From: Pseudomonadota bacterium
GTDB taxonomy: Bacteria > Bdellovibrionota > Bdellovibrionia > Bdellovibrionales > Bdellovibrionaceae
Assembly (NCBI GenBank): GCA_041178425.1
Contig: JBEGVH010000016.1
Coordinates: 96,001 to 160,000 of the forward strand
Length of the DNA: 64,000 nt
Direction: 5' to 3'
The notes beneath the pieces were generated by a model that saw only the letters and a program-made list of their open reading frames with translations, searched no databases and was not told the origin of the DNA. Position numbers and translations under genes: made by a program. Positions 41,020 to 50,695 of the stretch are shown here, piece by piece (within the stretch, counting starts at the first letter, position 1; every line of letters starts with the position of its first letter).

Positions 41020-42747
41020 CTAAGTATCTTGGTACTTAGGTCCGCCGCCACCCTCTGGTGGAGTCCAATCGATATTTTCAAAAGGACATTTTATATCACA
41101 AGTCTTACAGTGAATACAGTTTGTATAATTAATTTGTAAATCAAACTGCCCTGAGTACTTAGCCGAAGGCACCATTTCGTAGACACTGGCGGGACAAAAA
41201 TGAGTACAAGGCGATTTAAACTTACTTTCACAGGCCGTGCGACAAATATCGCCATTCTGCAAATGTAAATGATTTGGAGAATCTTCATCATGACTCGTAC
41301 CGGTAAGATAAACACTGCCGAGTTTATCAAAAAACAGTTTTCCATCAGGTTTTGGTAATTTATTGGCCTCTTCCTCGATTCCACTTGGCCCCCAAACATC
41401 AACAACCGATTCAGTTGTTTTAAAATCGGCCTCAACTGGCATAGGATCAACGAGTCCACGCCCTCCGGTCAGTTCTTGAATTGCAATCTGCGGCATTCCT
41501 GCCCACATTCCCTGACTGAGTGCCTGGTGAAAATTACGTACCCTGTAAAGTTCTTGAGTTATAAAGCTATCACGAACGAGTGATTCATAGGCACTCAATT
41601 GCTTTTCCGAGAAATCGTTGTTTAAGAGAGCTTTGACTAAGCTTTCTGCAGCTAACATCCCCGACTTCATCGCAAGATGGATCCCCTTTAACTTTTGCAC
41701 GTCAACCATCGAAGCTGAATCGCCGCATACAAGAAAACCGCTACCAAAGAGTTTTGGCATTGAATACCATCCTCCAGCCGGTAGAGTTTTGCCACCATAA
41801 GACACAACCGTTCCACCTTCTAGCATTTTGGCAATGAATGGATGTGTTTTAAGCTTTTGAAGCTCTCGGTGCGGATCAAGGAGTGGGTCGTGAGTATCTA
41901 AATAGGCGACCAATCCCAAAACAATTTTATCCTCGGGGAGAGTATAAATAAAAGTTCCACCGATAGATTTAGAAAGCGGAAAGCCCATGGTGTGAATAAC
42001 TTGCCCCGCCTCAACGGTGCCAGCCGGCATTTGAATGACCTCTTTTACTCCTTCTTCAAAGACCTCGGGGTTCTTACTGGCACGAAGATTGAGTTTCTTT
42101 TGAACGGTTTTAAAGAGAGATCCGCGAGTTCCTTCTGCAAAAATTGTGGCCTTTGCCTTTAAAATTAATCCGGGCTCGAAGTTGGATTTTGGTTTACCAA
42201 ACTTATCTCGACCCTTGTCACCTGTGCGAACTCCAACGATTTGGTCTCCCTCATAAATGACTTCAACGGCAGCAAATCCAGGAAAGATGTTAATGCCCTT
42301 CTCTTCACATTTTTGACCTAACCAGCGATTAAACTTACTGAGAGAGATAAGATAGTTTCCCTCATTGTGAAAAGGTGGTGGGGTTATTGGAAGTTTAATG
42401 GCCTTTTCTTCACCGAGGTAATAAACGGCATCTTTTTTAACTTCAGATTCTATAGGGCAACCCTGCTCTTTATAGTCAGGCATCAACTCTTGAAGTGCCG
42501 ATGGCTTAAGAACCGCGCCCGAAAAACTGTGCGCCCCAATTTCAGCTGCTTTTTCTAAAACCACAATCATCGGGTCAGCGATGACATCACCCGGAATTTT
42601 TCCTGCTTGAACCGATTCGTTATGTAGATCAATTTGGTTTTTCAGGTGCAAGGCCGCAGATAGCCCGGCGACTCCTCCGCCTACAATAAGAATGTCGACG
42701 TCCATTGTATCTCGGACAACCCCTTCTGGTAGTTCATCGGTAACCAT
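41020..42747 (-). CDS. electron transfer flavoprotein-ubiquinone oxidoreductase
   Basis: IVGGGVAG FAD motif, KGIHLAMKSG, CPASVYE, NCIHCKTCDIK, W.PPEGGGGP. Confidence 0.95.
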   Translation of the reverse strand: MVTDELPEGVVRDTMDVDILIVGGGVAGLSAALHLKNQIDLHNESVQAGKIPGDVIADPMIVVLEKAAEIGAHSFSGAVLKPSALQELMPDYKEQGCPIESEVKKDAVYYLGEEKAIKLPITPPPFHNEGNYLISLSKFNRWLGQKCEEKGINIFPGFAAVEVIYEGDQIVGVRTGDKGRDKFGKPKSNFEPGLILKAKATIFAEGTRGSLFKTVQKKLNLRASKNPEVFEEGVKEVIQMPAGTVEAGQVIHTMGFPLSKSIGGTFIYTLPEDKIVLGLVAYLDTHDPLLDPHRELQKLKTHPFIAKMLEGGTVVSYGGKTLPAGGWYSMPKLFGSGFLVCGDSASMVDVQKLKGIHLAMKSGMLAAESLVKALLNNDFSEKQLSAYESLVRDSFITQELYRVRNFHQALSQGMWAGMPQIAIQELTGGRGLVDPMPVEADFKTTESVVDVWGPSGIEEEANKLPKPDGKLFFDKLGSVYLTGTSHDEDSPNHLHLQNGDICRTACESKFKSPCTHFCPASVYEMVPSAKYSGQFDLQINYTNCIHCKTCDIKCPFENIDWTPPEGGGGPKYQDT

Positions 42748-42809
42748 GATCCCTCCTCCGAATTTGAATACAGAGTCTTTGGTTATCAAGACTGACTTTA
42801 GGAGTCTAT

Positions 42810-43136
42810 TTAAAATTCATCGTCAAAGACGGCTGTCTCGAAATTTTCTTTATTTCCACCCATTTTACGAGTCGGTTTGCTCAATTGAGATTGCACCTCG
42901 AGATCTTCTTCATCACGGGCACCCGGATAATTTTTTTCTTGAATCACCCGTGTAATCAAAGAGTCATCTTCTCCCGCAGGGTCTCTCAAACTCTCCCCAT
43001 CCGAAGAAGCAGCCGGCTGCCGTGCTACACTCTCTTCATCATTTACCGCATTTTCATTAACTGAAACTTCTTGAGCTTGAGCCAATAAAACGAACACCAA
43101 TAGCGATGCAATTATAGTCAATAAATAAGCCTTCAC
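42810..43136 (-). CDS. small acidic secreted protein
   Basis: Signal peptide, RQPAAS, YPGARDEEDLEVQ. Confidence 0.7.
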   Translation of the reverse strand: MKAYLLTIIASLLVFVLLAQAQEVSVNENAVNDEESVARQPAASSDGESLRDPAGEDDSLITRVIQEKNYPGARDEEDLEVQSQLSKPTRKMGGNKENFETAVFDDEF

Positions 43137-43972
43137 GTTTGTGACTCCCTTACTCCACGTCTGTGATTAACCATAGGAATTTGCTCCCTCACCTTACGAA
43201 TTTTATCTTTACTCAGGTGAACAATGCGAACGCCTTCTGATTCACCTAAATCAGCCTCGATATTACCCCATGGATCAATTGCTAAACTATGGCCAAAGGT
43301 GCGTCGCTCAGCCTGTGATTTAGTACTATTGTGGGTTCCCACCTGTGCACTAGCGACAACATAACATTGGCTTTCAATGGCGCGCGCGCGTAAAAGAATT
43401 TCCCAATGCGCCCTACCTGTTTCTACCAGAAATGCAGACGGAACAAGAACAAGGTCGGCTTGGGCATAGGCGTAGCCTGAGTAGAGTTCGCTGAAACGCA
43501 TATCATAACAGATGCTCTCACCAACTCTCCATCCATTAAAATCACGCAGTTTTCCTGATAGGCCCCTAGAAAACACTGCCGATTCACGAATCGGCTTTTG
43601 CCCCTCAAGCTCAATATCAAAGAGATGCATTTTCTGATAACCGACCTGAGGAACACCATCTTCGGCAAACCAAACAGATGAATTATAAAGTTTTCCTTCA
43701 ATAAACAAAGGGACCGACCCCAAGTGAATGGTCGTCTTGAGTCTACGAGCCCACTCTCCTAACCACATAAAACAAGAATGGCTGAGATCAAACTTTTCGA
43801 CAGAATCTGATTCTCTAATCCTCATAAACAGACAGTTTTCGGGAAAACAGACGAGATCTATGGAGCCAGGCTTTAGCGAGGAAAAGACGACTTCAAATTT
43901 ATGTAAATTGGTCGCCAACGAATCGACAGAGGTCATCTGAACAATAGCGACAGCAATCGAATCTTTCGACAT
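43133..43972 (-). CDS. Nit1-like carbon-nitrogen hydrolase (deaminated glutathione amidase-like)
   Basis: FPE, YQKMHLFD, ICYDMRF, HWEILLRARAIESQ, GHS..IDPWG. Confidence 0.92.
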   Translation of the reverse strand: MSKDSIAVAIVQMTSVDSLATNLHKFEVVFSSLKPGSIDLVCFPENCLFMRIRESDSVEKFDLSHSCFMWLGEWARRLKTTIHLGSVPLFIEGKLYNSSVWFAEDGVPQVGYQKMHLFDIELEGQKPIRESAVFSRGLSGKLRDFNGWRVGESICYDMRFSELYSGYAYAQADLVLVPSAFLVETGRAHWEILLRARAIESQCYVVASAQVGTHNSTKSQAERRTFGHSLAIDPWGNIEADLGESEGVRIVHLSKDKIRKVREQIPMVNHRRGVRESQT

Positions 43973-44037
43973 TCGGGACTCCCCTCACAGAAACCTTTGT
44001 TATAGGATTTCTACGGGCGAGATTAAAGTCAAAATGT

Positions 44038-44364
44038 TTAATATTGGGTCACGCCGCTAGAAGAAATGTCGCGACATCTCCATCCGGCACTAATGAGTGT
44101 ATCTTTGATTTGACTAATGACATCTGAACAGAATTGATCGCCTTTTGAATCGGCGACCTTAGAATCGAGACCTTCTTTGCTGTACCAAGCTCGACAGGCA
44201 CTTTCTTTTACTTCAACCCTAAGCGTACGAACTTCTTCACCACGGCGACAGAGCCAGTAGGATTGAAAAGTCCCTGCCTCAGCAGTGCTTGTCACCAAGC
44301 CTAAAGCAATAAAAAAGACCCAGAGGACTGTTGCCATTAGAACTTTACCCTGAGCCTTTTTCAT
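44038..44364 (-). CDS. small secreted Cys-containing protein
   Basis: Signal peptide, four Cys, VRTLRV...C...YSK.G. Confidence 0.7.
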   Translation of the reverse strand: MKKAQGKVLMATVLWVFFIALGLVTSTAEAGTFQSYWLCRRGEEVRTLRVEVKESACRAWYSKEGLDSKVADSKGDQFCSDVISQIKDTLISAGWRCRDISSSGVTQY

Positions 44365-44406
44365 AAATTACCTCTATTGTTTGAGCCCCCCCCAAACGAT
44401 AAAAGA

Positions 44407-44676
44407 TTACTTCTTAGCTTTTGCTTTAGACTTAGTCTCTTTTTTAGCTTTGGGAGCGGCTTTTTTACCTTCTACCAATTGCACGTTTGAGTAATCGATG
44501 AATCCTTCTTTCTTAAGAAGACCATCTTTTTTGTCATAGTGAGTCATAACTTTAACGCCTTGAACCTTAATTTTCATGTTCACAGCATCTACCGCTAATA
44601 CTTCGCCTGTTTTACCCTTGTCAGAACCAGTGATAACTTTTACAGAATCACCCTTTTTAATCTTTAACTTTGCCAT
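44407..44676 (-). CDS. rplX: 50S ribosomal protein L24 (short form)
   Basis: KIKKGDSVKVITGSDKGKTG KOW motif; E..I.YSNV. Confidence 0.88.
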   Translation of the reverse strand: MAKLKIKKGDSVKVITGSDKGKTGEVLAVDAVNMKIKVQGVKVMTHYDKKDGLLKKEGFIDYSNVQLVEGKKAAPKAKKETKSKAKAKK

Positions 44677-44687
44677 TTTCTAACCTC

Positions 44688-44987
44688 TTACTGAGCCGCT
44701 GGCTTCTTTTTAGAAATTTTTCTCTTAATACGACGCTTGATTTCCAAAGCTTTAGCCGACAAAGAGTCTTCTTTTTGGTTAAGCAAGTAAACATCAAACC
44801 CACCAACATGTTCCATAGAACGGATGGCGTGAGTCGAAACTTTTAATGAAACCATTTGGTTTAAAGCACGACTAAATAGGCGTTTTTGTTGAACATTTGG
44901 AAGCGCTGTTGACTTCGTCTTAATGTTCGAGTGGCTCACCAAGTTTTTTACTACGGGACCCTTGCCAGTTAATTCACAACGGCTCAT
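44688..44987 (-). CDS. rpmB: 50S ribosomal protein L28
   Basis: MSRCELTGK...VSHSNIKTK...PNVQ. Confidence 0.93.
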   Translation of the reverse strand: MSRCELTGKGPVVKNLVSHSNIKTKSTALPNVQQKRLFSRALNQMVSLKVSTHAIRSMEHVGGFDVYLLNQKEDSLSAKALEIKRRIKRKISKKKPAAQ

Positions 44988-45150
44988 GGCTATCTCCTCT
45001 ATATCAAATTGCAGACTTTTCGGCCTTGAAAGACAACTCTATAAAGTAAAAAGACTCTTGTTGGCAACCGAAATTTGTAGTAGAACCCTACCGAAATAGA
45101 GATTTTATTGGTCGGCCTACGACCTTATAGCTAAAGATTGAGGACAAAAA

Positions 45151-45411
45151 ATGGCAAAGAACAAGTATCGCACAGAGTACACTGGTGATCATAATTTTGA
45201 TTATAAAGACCCTATCACTCTCACTCGCTTCATTGGCGACGGTGGAAAGCTGGTGCCTTCTCGCATCTCTAAGCTATCAGTTGCACAACAGAAACAAGTT
45301 GCTTCTGCTGTGAAGAAAGCTCGTAATCTTGGCCTACTTCCTACTGGAGCTGATGCCTACGATACTTTCAACAGAGCTGAGTCTATCTCACCAGCTCCAT
45401 TTGAAATCTAA
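45151..45411 (+). CDS. rpsR: 30S ribosomal protein S18
   Basis: DYKD...L.RFI...GK..P.RI...QQ...AVKKAR.LGLLP. Confidence 0.93.
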   Translation: MAKNKYRTEYTGDHNFDYKDPITLTRFIGDGGKLVPSRISKLSVAQQKQVASAVKKARNLGLLPTGADAYDTFNRAESISPAPFEI

Positions 45412-45437
45412 TTCTCAATTGAAAAGATTTTTAAAAT

Positions 45438-45470
45438 AAAAAAGGAAGCTCAAGGCTTCCTTTTTTATTT
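45438..45470 (+). terminator. intrinsic terminator after rpsR
   Basis: AAAAAGGAAGC-TCAAG-GCTTCCTTTTTT. Confidence 0.88.
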
Positions 45471-45535
45471 TCGGACACATGCGTACTAATTCTCGGACTT
45501 TTCGGACTCCAATAGCTAACAGAGCCTAGAAGAGC

Positions 45536-45552
45536 CGGGCCCCTCTCTTGCT
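45536..45552 (+). promoter_or_regulatory. candidate sigma54 promoter
   Basis: GG-CCCCTCTCTT-GC (GG-N10-GC, with TTGC) about 40 bp upstream of the 45591 ORF. Confidence 0.5.
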
Positions 45553-45590
45553 GATAATCCAAAGCAACTCATTAAAAAGAGAGGGTCATC

Positions 45591-45791
45591 ATGACGCCAA
45601 AAATTTTAAAAATTGAACTTATCCAACTTATAGAATTTGGACTCAACCCCTTTCAGTGGATTCCCATTGAAGAGGGCGACAGAGGAGTCGAATTAATTCA
45701 TATTGATGATCCAGAATTAAAGGTTATTGCTAAAATGGAATCCCACACCCAAAAGTCGGCAAAAATAACTCATCTTGAGTGGATTTTATGA
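45591..45791 (+). CDS. small hypothetical protein
   Basis: 66 aa, GAGGG RBS, FGLNP.QW motif. Confidence 0.6.
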   Translation: MTPKILKIELIQLIEFGLNPFQWIPIEEGDRGVELIHIDDPELKVIAKMESHTQKSAKITHLEWIL

Positions 45792-45797
45792 TCAAGA

Positions 45798-46394
45798 TTA
45801 AAGCACAGCATCACAACGAACCGAAAAAAGGCTTCGCCAATAACCTTCTTCAAATTTTAGCTCCGAAACATGAGGCAGACCCGACAGGGTCTTTCGCACA
45901 AAGGCTTCCCACTCCTCGTCCGTCATAGTCCTCTTGACGTACTCCTGAATTTTACAAAAAACAGATAATTCTGACGGAGTCATCCAACCAAAAACAGCTG
46001 GGCCCGATTCGGGCACTTTATCCCCCCAGGCAACTTTGATCATCAACACCATGGAGTTAGTGAGCACTTTTCTTAGCCATTCCTGAGTTACCAGTCGATC
46101 TGTGCACTCATAAGGAGCACTTTGAATATCAGTCAGCGCCAACCTCAGAGCTTCATGAAACTCAACACACCCGCCGTAACTTTTAGACTCCTGACAGGAC
46201 TTTGCCGCCCGAGCCCATAGACTATTAATGCGGCCTCTGAGTGAACTTAATCGACCAGATTGTGACTTCATCAAAACTTCTAACTGCGCATCACAAACAT
46301 CTTTGGGAGGTTCATTCAGCATTATAAACAATGAAGCCCCGACAATGACGACAAAAACCAATATCGATGGCGGTATTTTTTTTAATAATTCCAT
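45798..46394 (-). CDS. membrane-anchored Cys-rich hypothetical protein
   Basis: N-terminal TM, PP..VCDAQ, several Cys, ends RC. Confidence 0.75.
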   Translation of the reverse strand: MELLKKIPPSILVFVVIVGASLFIMLNEPPKDVCDAQLEVLMKSQSGRLSSLRGRINSLWARAAKSCQESKSYGGCVEFHEALRLALTDIQSAPYECTDRLVTQEWLRKVLTNSMVLMIKVAWGDKVPESGPAVFGWMTPSELSVFCKIQEYVKRTMTDEEWEAFVRKTLSGLPHVSELKFEEGYWRSLFSVRCDAVL

Positions 46395-46507
46395 TCTTTA
46401 ATAGTGCCCACGGATTGAGCCATGAGAAACATCATTTTCAAAAAAAATGCGCTAACTATAATTGAATTTGACAATGCCAGAAAGGTTTCATAAGTTCGCA
46501 GACTCTT

Positions 46508-46592
<85 letters not shown>

Positions 46593-46640
46593 CTTCTGAA
46601 CCTAAAAATAATTCATTCGTTAGAAACTAAGCCCCTCAAT

Positions 46641-46994
46641 TCAGCAAGGCCCCTGCTTAGCACACCTAATATTCAGCTTTCTGGATGCCTCCGTTAGGCT
46701 ACCTAGGTTTTCAAGATCTTTAAATCCCATATCTCTCATTACCCCAAGCGCCTTTCCAGAGCGATTACCGGAACGACAATAAATCTTAAAAACTTTATTT
46801 TTATCTAATTTTTCAACTTCACCCTTAAAAGTGGGGCTTAGGAAATCTATATTCATCGCTCCAACTAGGTGATTGTCATTGAATTCAACAGGTGTTCTGA
46901 CATCTAAAATTAGAAATTCTTTGGCATGCGATAAATTAAAAATGTTTAATATCAAGCCAATGAGTCCAATGGCTATTTTTTTCTTTGATAACAT
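46641..46994 (-). CDS. secreted rhodanese-like protein
   Basis: LDVRT..EF...HL.GA.NI, YCRSGNRS. Confidence 0.9.
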   Translation of the reverse strand: MLSKKKIAIGLIGLILNIFNLSHAKEFLILDVRTPVEFNDNHLVGAMNIDFLSPTFKGEVEKLDKNKVFKIYCRSGNRSGKALGVMRDMGFKDLENLGSLTEASRKLNIRCAKQGPC

Positions 46995-47041
46995 AATTTT
47001 CCTCGCTGATGGAGCTTGGGCTCAATTCGCTCTTGCTGCAA

Positions 47042-48247
47042 TTAAACGACCACGCGAGTATTAATAGAACGACCAAGGCGTGAGATTTCCTTGGCCACCC
47101 GATCAGCCTCAGCTTTTTCAAGATCCATAACAAGATAACCAATATTAGAATCGGTGGCTAAGTACTGTCCTAGGATGTTCGCACCCGCTCCCGAAACAAT
47201 TCCATTAATCTCACTCAACACACCTGGTTCATTTCGGTGAACATTCAATATTCTTCTGCAACCTCGGTGTATAGGCAAATCAACGTTCGGAAAATTTACA
47301 GACCCGGTCGTTGACCCATTTTTTACAAAATGGGTCAAACTCTGCGCCACCTCAACACCAATATTGTACTGAGCTTCTTCTGTGCTTCCACCAATATGAG
47401 GCGTTAAAATAACGTTTGAAAGTCCCTGTAGTTCAGATACAAATTTTTCTTTATTGGATGCCGGTTCTAAAGGAAAAACATCAATGGCCGCTCCCAATAA
47501 ATGCTTCTCTTTTAGGGCCGCAGCAAGTGCCTCAATCACAACAACCGTTCCACGACTGGCATTAATTAAGTAAGAGCCATACTTCATGATACCAAGTTCT
47601 CTTTGTCCGATCATATCTTTTGTTTGAGGGGTTTCAGGAACATGAAGACTGACGAAATCAGCCTGAGCAAGAACATCCTCAATCGTCGACATGGCTTGGG
47701 CATTACCCAGTGGAAGCTTTTTTATGACGTCATAAAATATGACTTTAAGTCCTAACGCCTCAGCAAGAACGCTTAGTTGAGAACCAATATGCCCATAACC
47801 GATGATTCCCAAAGTCTTACCCCGAACCTCGCGAGAACCGACTGCCGACTTAATCCAATCACCTTTGTGAGCACCAGTATTGCGATCACCTAATTGACGA
47901 GAAAGTGCAATGATTTCGGCAATCACAAGCTCGGCAACACTGCGAGTATTGCTATAAGGGGCATTAAAAACGGGAACACCCCTTCGATTAGACATCTCTA
48001 AATCAATTTGGTTTGTACCAATGCAAAAAGCGCCCACTGCCAATAAATGGCCATTCTCCTGAAAAAAACGTTCGCTCAAAAAGGTTTTAGAGCGGATTCC
48101 AAGGACTTGATATTGTGGGGCCAAACGAAAAAGTTCTGCCTCATCAGGAGCATGTGGCAGGAGCGTAACCTCAAATCCTGCCGCCTCCAAATGTTCTCTG
48201 GCCACATTGTGAATCGCTTCGACGAGTAATACTTTAGTTGTTTTCAT
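47042..48247 (-). CDS. serA: D-3-phosphoglycerate dehydrogenase
   Basis: GIRSKT, FCIGTNQ, NTRSVAE, GYGHIG, TPHIGGSTEEAQ, ACT domain. Confidence 0.96.
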   Translation of the reverse strand: MKTTKVLLVEAIHNVAREHLEAAGFEVTLLPHAPDEAELFRLAPQYQVLGIRSKTFLSERFFQENGHLLAVGAFCIGTNQIDLEMSNRRGVPVFNAPYSNTRSVAELVIAEIIALSRQLGDRNTGAHKGDWIKSAVGSREVRGKTLGIIGYGHIGSQLSVLAEALGLKVIFYDVIKKLPLGNAQAMSTIEDVLAQADFVSLHVPETPQTKDMIGQRELGIMKYGSYLINASRGTVVVIEALAAALKEKHLLGAAIDVFPLEPASNKEKFVSELQGLSNVILTPHIGGSTEEAQYNIGVEVAQSLTHFVKNGSTTGSVNFPNVDLPIHRGCRRILNVHRNEPGVLSEINGIVSGAGANILGQYLATDSNIGYLVMDLEKAEADRVAKEISRLGRSINTRVVV

Positions 48248-48392
48248 AACTTATAACCTACCATTTATATGGTCTTCACTCAAATACGAGAATCTATAAA
48301 AATTTAACCCCTAACATAGTGCAAAATTTGTTTAGTTGGGGTATTGTACTGCTGTGGGGGCTAAAAGGTTTTAACTATAGGAGCCCCTATTC

Positions 48393-49736
48393 ATGAACCC
48401 TTATTACCACCTTCTCCTCGTTGATGATGATTCACTGCTACATTCTTCAATTAAAGCGATTTTACCCTCACATTGGAAAATCATCTATGCTCCAGAAGCT
48501 CCTTCGGTAAATTACTCTTTCTCTTATCATGCGGCTTTTATAGATATGCATTTACAGAGAAATTCTATTGTGGCATCAGGCCTTAAAGTGATTGAAAAAC
48601 TCCGCAAATCTCAGCCCCATTTAGACGTCGTCGCCATATCTGGAGATATTTCAATAGAGCTTATGGAGCAAGGGCTTGCCGCTGGAGCGCAGCGATTTCT
48701 CAGCAAACCCCTCATGGCTGATGAGTTTCTTCTTCACCTATCGAAAATTGAAGCTCTTGTGCAAATTCGAACCGCCTCACTCAACCCAGAATCTCAAGGG
48801 CCTCGCTGGGTCGGACAGTCGCCTGAATCGATTCGAATTCGCGAAGAAATAGCCTCTCTCAGAGGTGAAGGCGGTCCCATCTTGATCTTTGGAGAATCGG
48901 GTTCCGGAAAAGAAGTAGTTTCGAGAATTCTTCATGCTCAAGAAGGCCGTGGTCCTTTGATTTCAGTTAACATGGCCGGAATTAGTGAAAACCTTTTTGA
49001 ATCGGAGTTTTTCGGACACCTCAAAGGCGCCTTTACCGGTGCCGATTCTAACAAAATCGGACTCATTGAGGCCGCATCGGGTGGAGATCTTTTTCTTGAT
49101 GAAATAGAAGCTCTACCAATCGGGCTTCAAGCCAAATTACTTCGTTTTTTGGAATCGGGAGAATTTAAAAAGGTAGGAAGTAAAGAACTTCAGGTTGCCA
49201 GTTGCCGAGTCATATGTGCGACCAATCGCGATCTGAGCAAAATGGTCCGAGATGGACAATTTCGAGAAGACCTTTACTGGCGAATTTCCGGCAAAAAAGT
49301 CTGCCTGACTCCACTTCGAATGCGAAAAAAAGATATCGTTGATCTTGCCGAACACTTTGTTTCGATCGATCGTCCAAAAAGAAATAAAAAATTTGCTCTC
49401 GATGGACTTGCCGCTCTCGAAGCCTATTCTTGGCCAGGAAATGTGCGGGAGTTAAAACGCGTCTGCGAACAGTTGTGTCTCACCAGCCCACTCCCTCTGA
49501 TTCGAGGAGTCGATGTTAAATCAATCGTTTCGTCTGATAACATCACAACCTCCGAAACATCGATTGATTTTTCAATAGGCCTCGGTGAACTTGTGGATCG
49601 CTTCGAAGCGAATGTAATAAAAAAATCATTGGCAAACTTCGATCATGATATTGATAAATTAACAGAGGTTTTAAAAATCTCGCGATCAAGTCTCTACAAG
49701 AAAATCAAAGACTATGAAATTGAAATTAAATCGTGA
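48393..49736 (+). CDS. sigma54-dependent response regulator (NtrC family)
   Basis: REC (LVDDD, FID), GESGSGKE, ESEFFGH, GAFTGA, FLDEI, WPGNVRE, Fis-type HTH. Confidence 0.95.
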   Translation: MNPYYHLLLVDDDSLLHSSIKAILPSHWKIIYAPEAPSVNYSFSYHAAFIDMHLQRNSIVASGLKVIEKLRKSQPHLDVVAISGDISIELMEQGLAAGAQRFLSKPLMADEFLLHLSKIEALVQIRTASLNPESQGPRWVGQSPESIRIREEIASLRGEGGPILIFGESGSGKEVVSRILHAQEGRGPLISVNMAGISENLFESEFFGHLKGAFTGADSNKIGLIEAASGGDLFLDEIEALPIGLQAKLLRFLESGEFKKVGSKELQVASCRVICATNRDLSKMVRDGQFREDLYWRISGKKVCLTPLRMRKKDIVDLAEHFVSIDRPKRNKKFALDGLAALEAYSWPGNVRELKRVCEQLCLTSPLPLIRGVDVKSIVSSDNITTSETSIDFSIGLGELVDRFEANVIKKSLANFDHDIDKLTEVLKISRSSLYKKIKDYEIEIKS

Positions 49737-49767
49737 CGAGGCACGAATCTGCGGCTAGCTTTATTGA

Positions 49768-50685
49768 ATGAACACAGCAGCTTGGTCGAGCCCCGTCTAT
49801 CAACAAACAGTCTTAATAGTACTGGGATTTCTTTTTTGCTCAGGAGCCTTGATTTATTTCTTTAGAAAAAAGAATTATTACTTTGTGGTCTCATGGGCGA
49901 GCATAAAGAGCTGGCTCATTGCCGCCCCAATTCTTTTTGGAATCATCGGAGCTCCAGAACCTATTCCTCTTATCGCACTCACATTTCTTGGAATTTTTGG
50001 TGCTAAAATATTTTTTCAAATCCTAGGAATGTATCACCACACATGGTTTGTCTCTATTTGCTATGCAGGTATTGTTGGATTGGGCATTAGTGTTGCTTAT
50101 GAAAGAATCGACCTATTTAATCTAATGCCAATGCTTGTTCTAGGGGCCTCCTGGTTTGTACCCATCGCTAGAAATCGTTTTAAACATATGATCCAATATG
50201 TCTCTCTAACGATGATGTGTTTTATCTTTTTAGGCTGGAGCTTTATGCACGCTGGTCTTATTATGAAATTCCAAGACGGCATTTATCAGCTGATGTACCT
50301 GATCATTCTTACCGAATTTTGCGATAACACTATTTTGGCGATTAGTCGATACGTAGGAAGAATACGATTTGTGGATAAAATCAATCCTCGCCGAACTCTC
50401 GAGAGCACGGGCATAAGTATTTTTCTCACGATGGCATTAGCGTTCTCTATGAGACACTTGCTTCCTGCGGCCGGAGAGAAATATTGGCACATTGCTGGTC
50501 TAATTGCGGGGCTTGGCGGTGGATTTGGTGATCTCGCTATGACGGTTGTCCGTCGAGACATTGGAATTAGAGACTACGGGGTTTTCATTTTGGGTAGAGG
50601 TGATTTCTTAAACCGAATGGATCGCTTGATTTTTGTTTGTCCCATTTATTACTACGTCATGCATTACGTGGCTCATATGTTGTAG
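49768..50685 (+). CDS. phosphatidate cytidylyltransferase family protein
   Basis: Multi-TM; INPRRTLE, GDL....RRD.GIRDYG..I.GRG..L.R.D. Confidence 0.85.
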   Translation: MNTAAWSSPVYQQTVLIVLGFLFCSGALIYFFRKKNYYFVVSWASIKSWLIAAPILFGIIGAPEPIPLIALTFLGIFGAKIFFQILGMYHHTWFVSICYAGIVGLGISVAYERIDLFNLMPMLVLGASWFVPIARNRFKHMIQYVSLTMMCFIFLGWSFMHAGLIMKFQDGIYQLMYLIILTEFCDNTILAISRYVGRIRFVDKINPRRTLESTGISIFLTMALAFSMRHLLPAAGEKYWHIAGLIAGLGGGFGDLAMTVVRRDIGIRDYGVFILGRGDFLNRMDRLIFVCPIYYYVMHYVAHML

Positions 50686-50695
50686 GTAATGCCAA

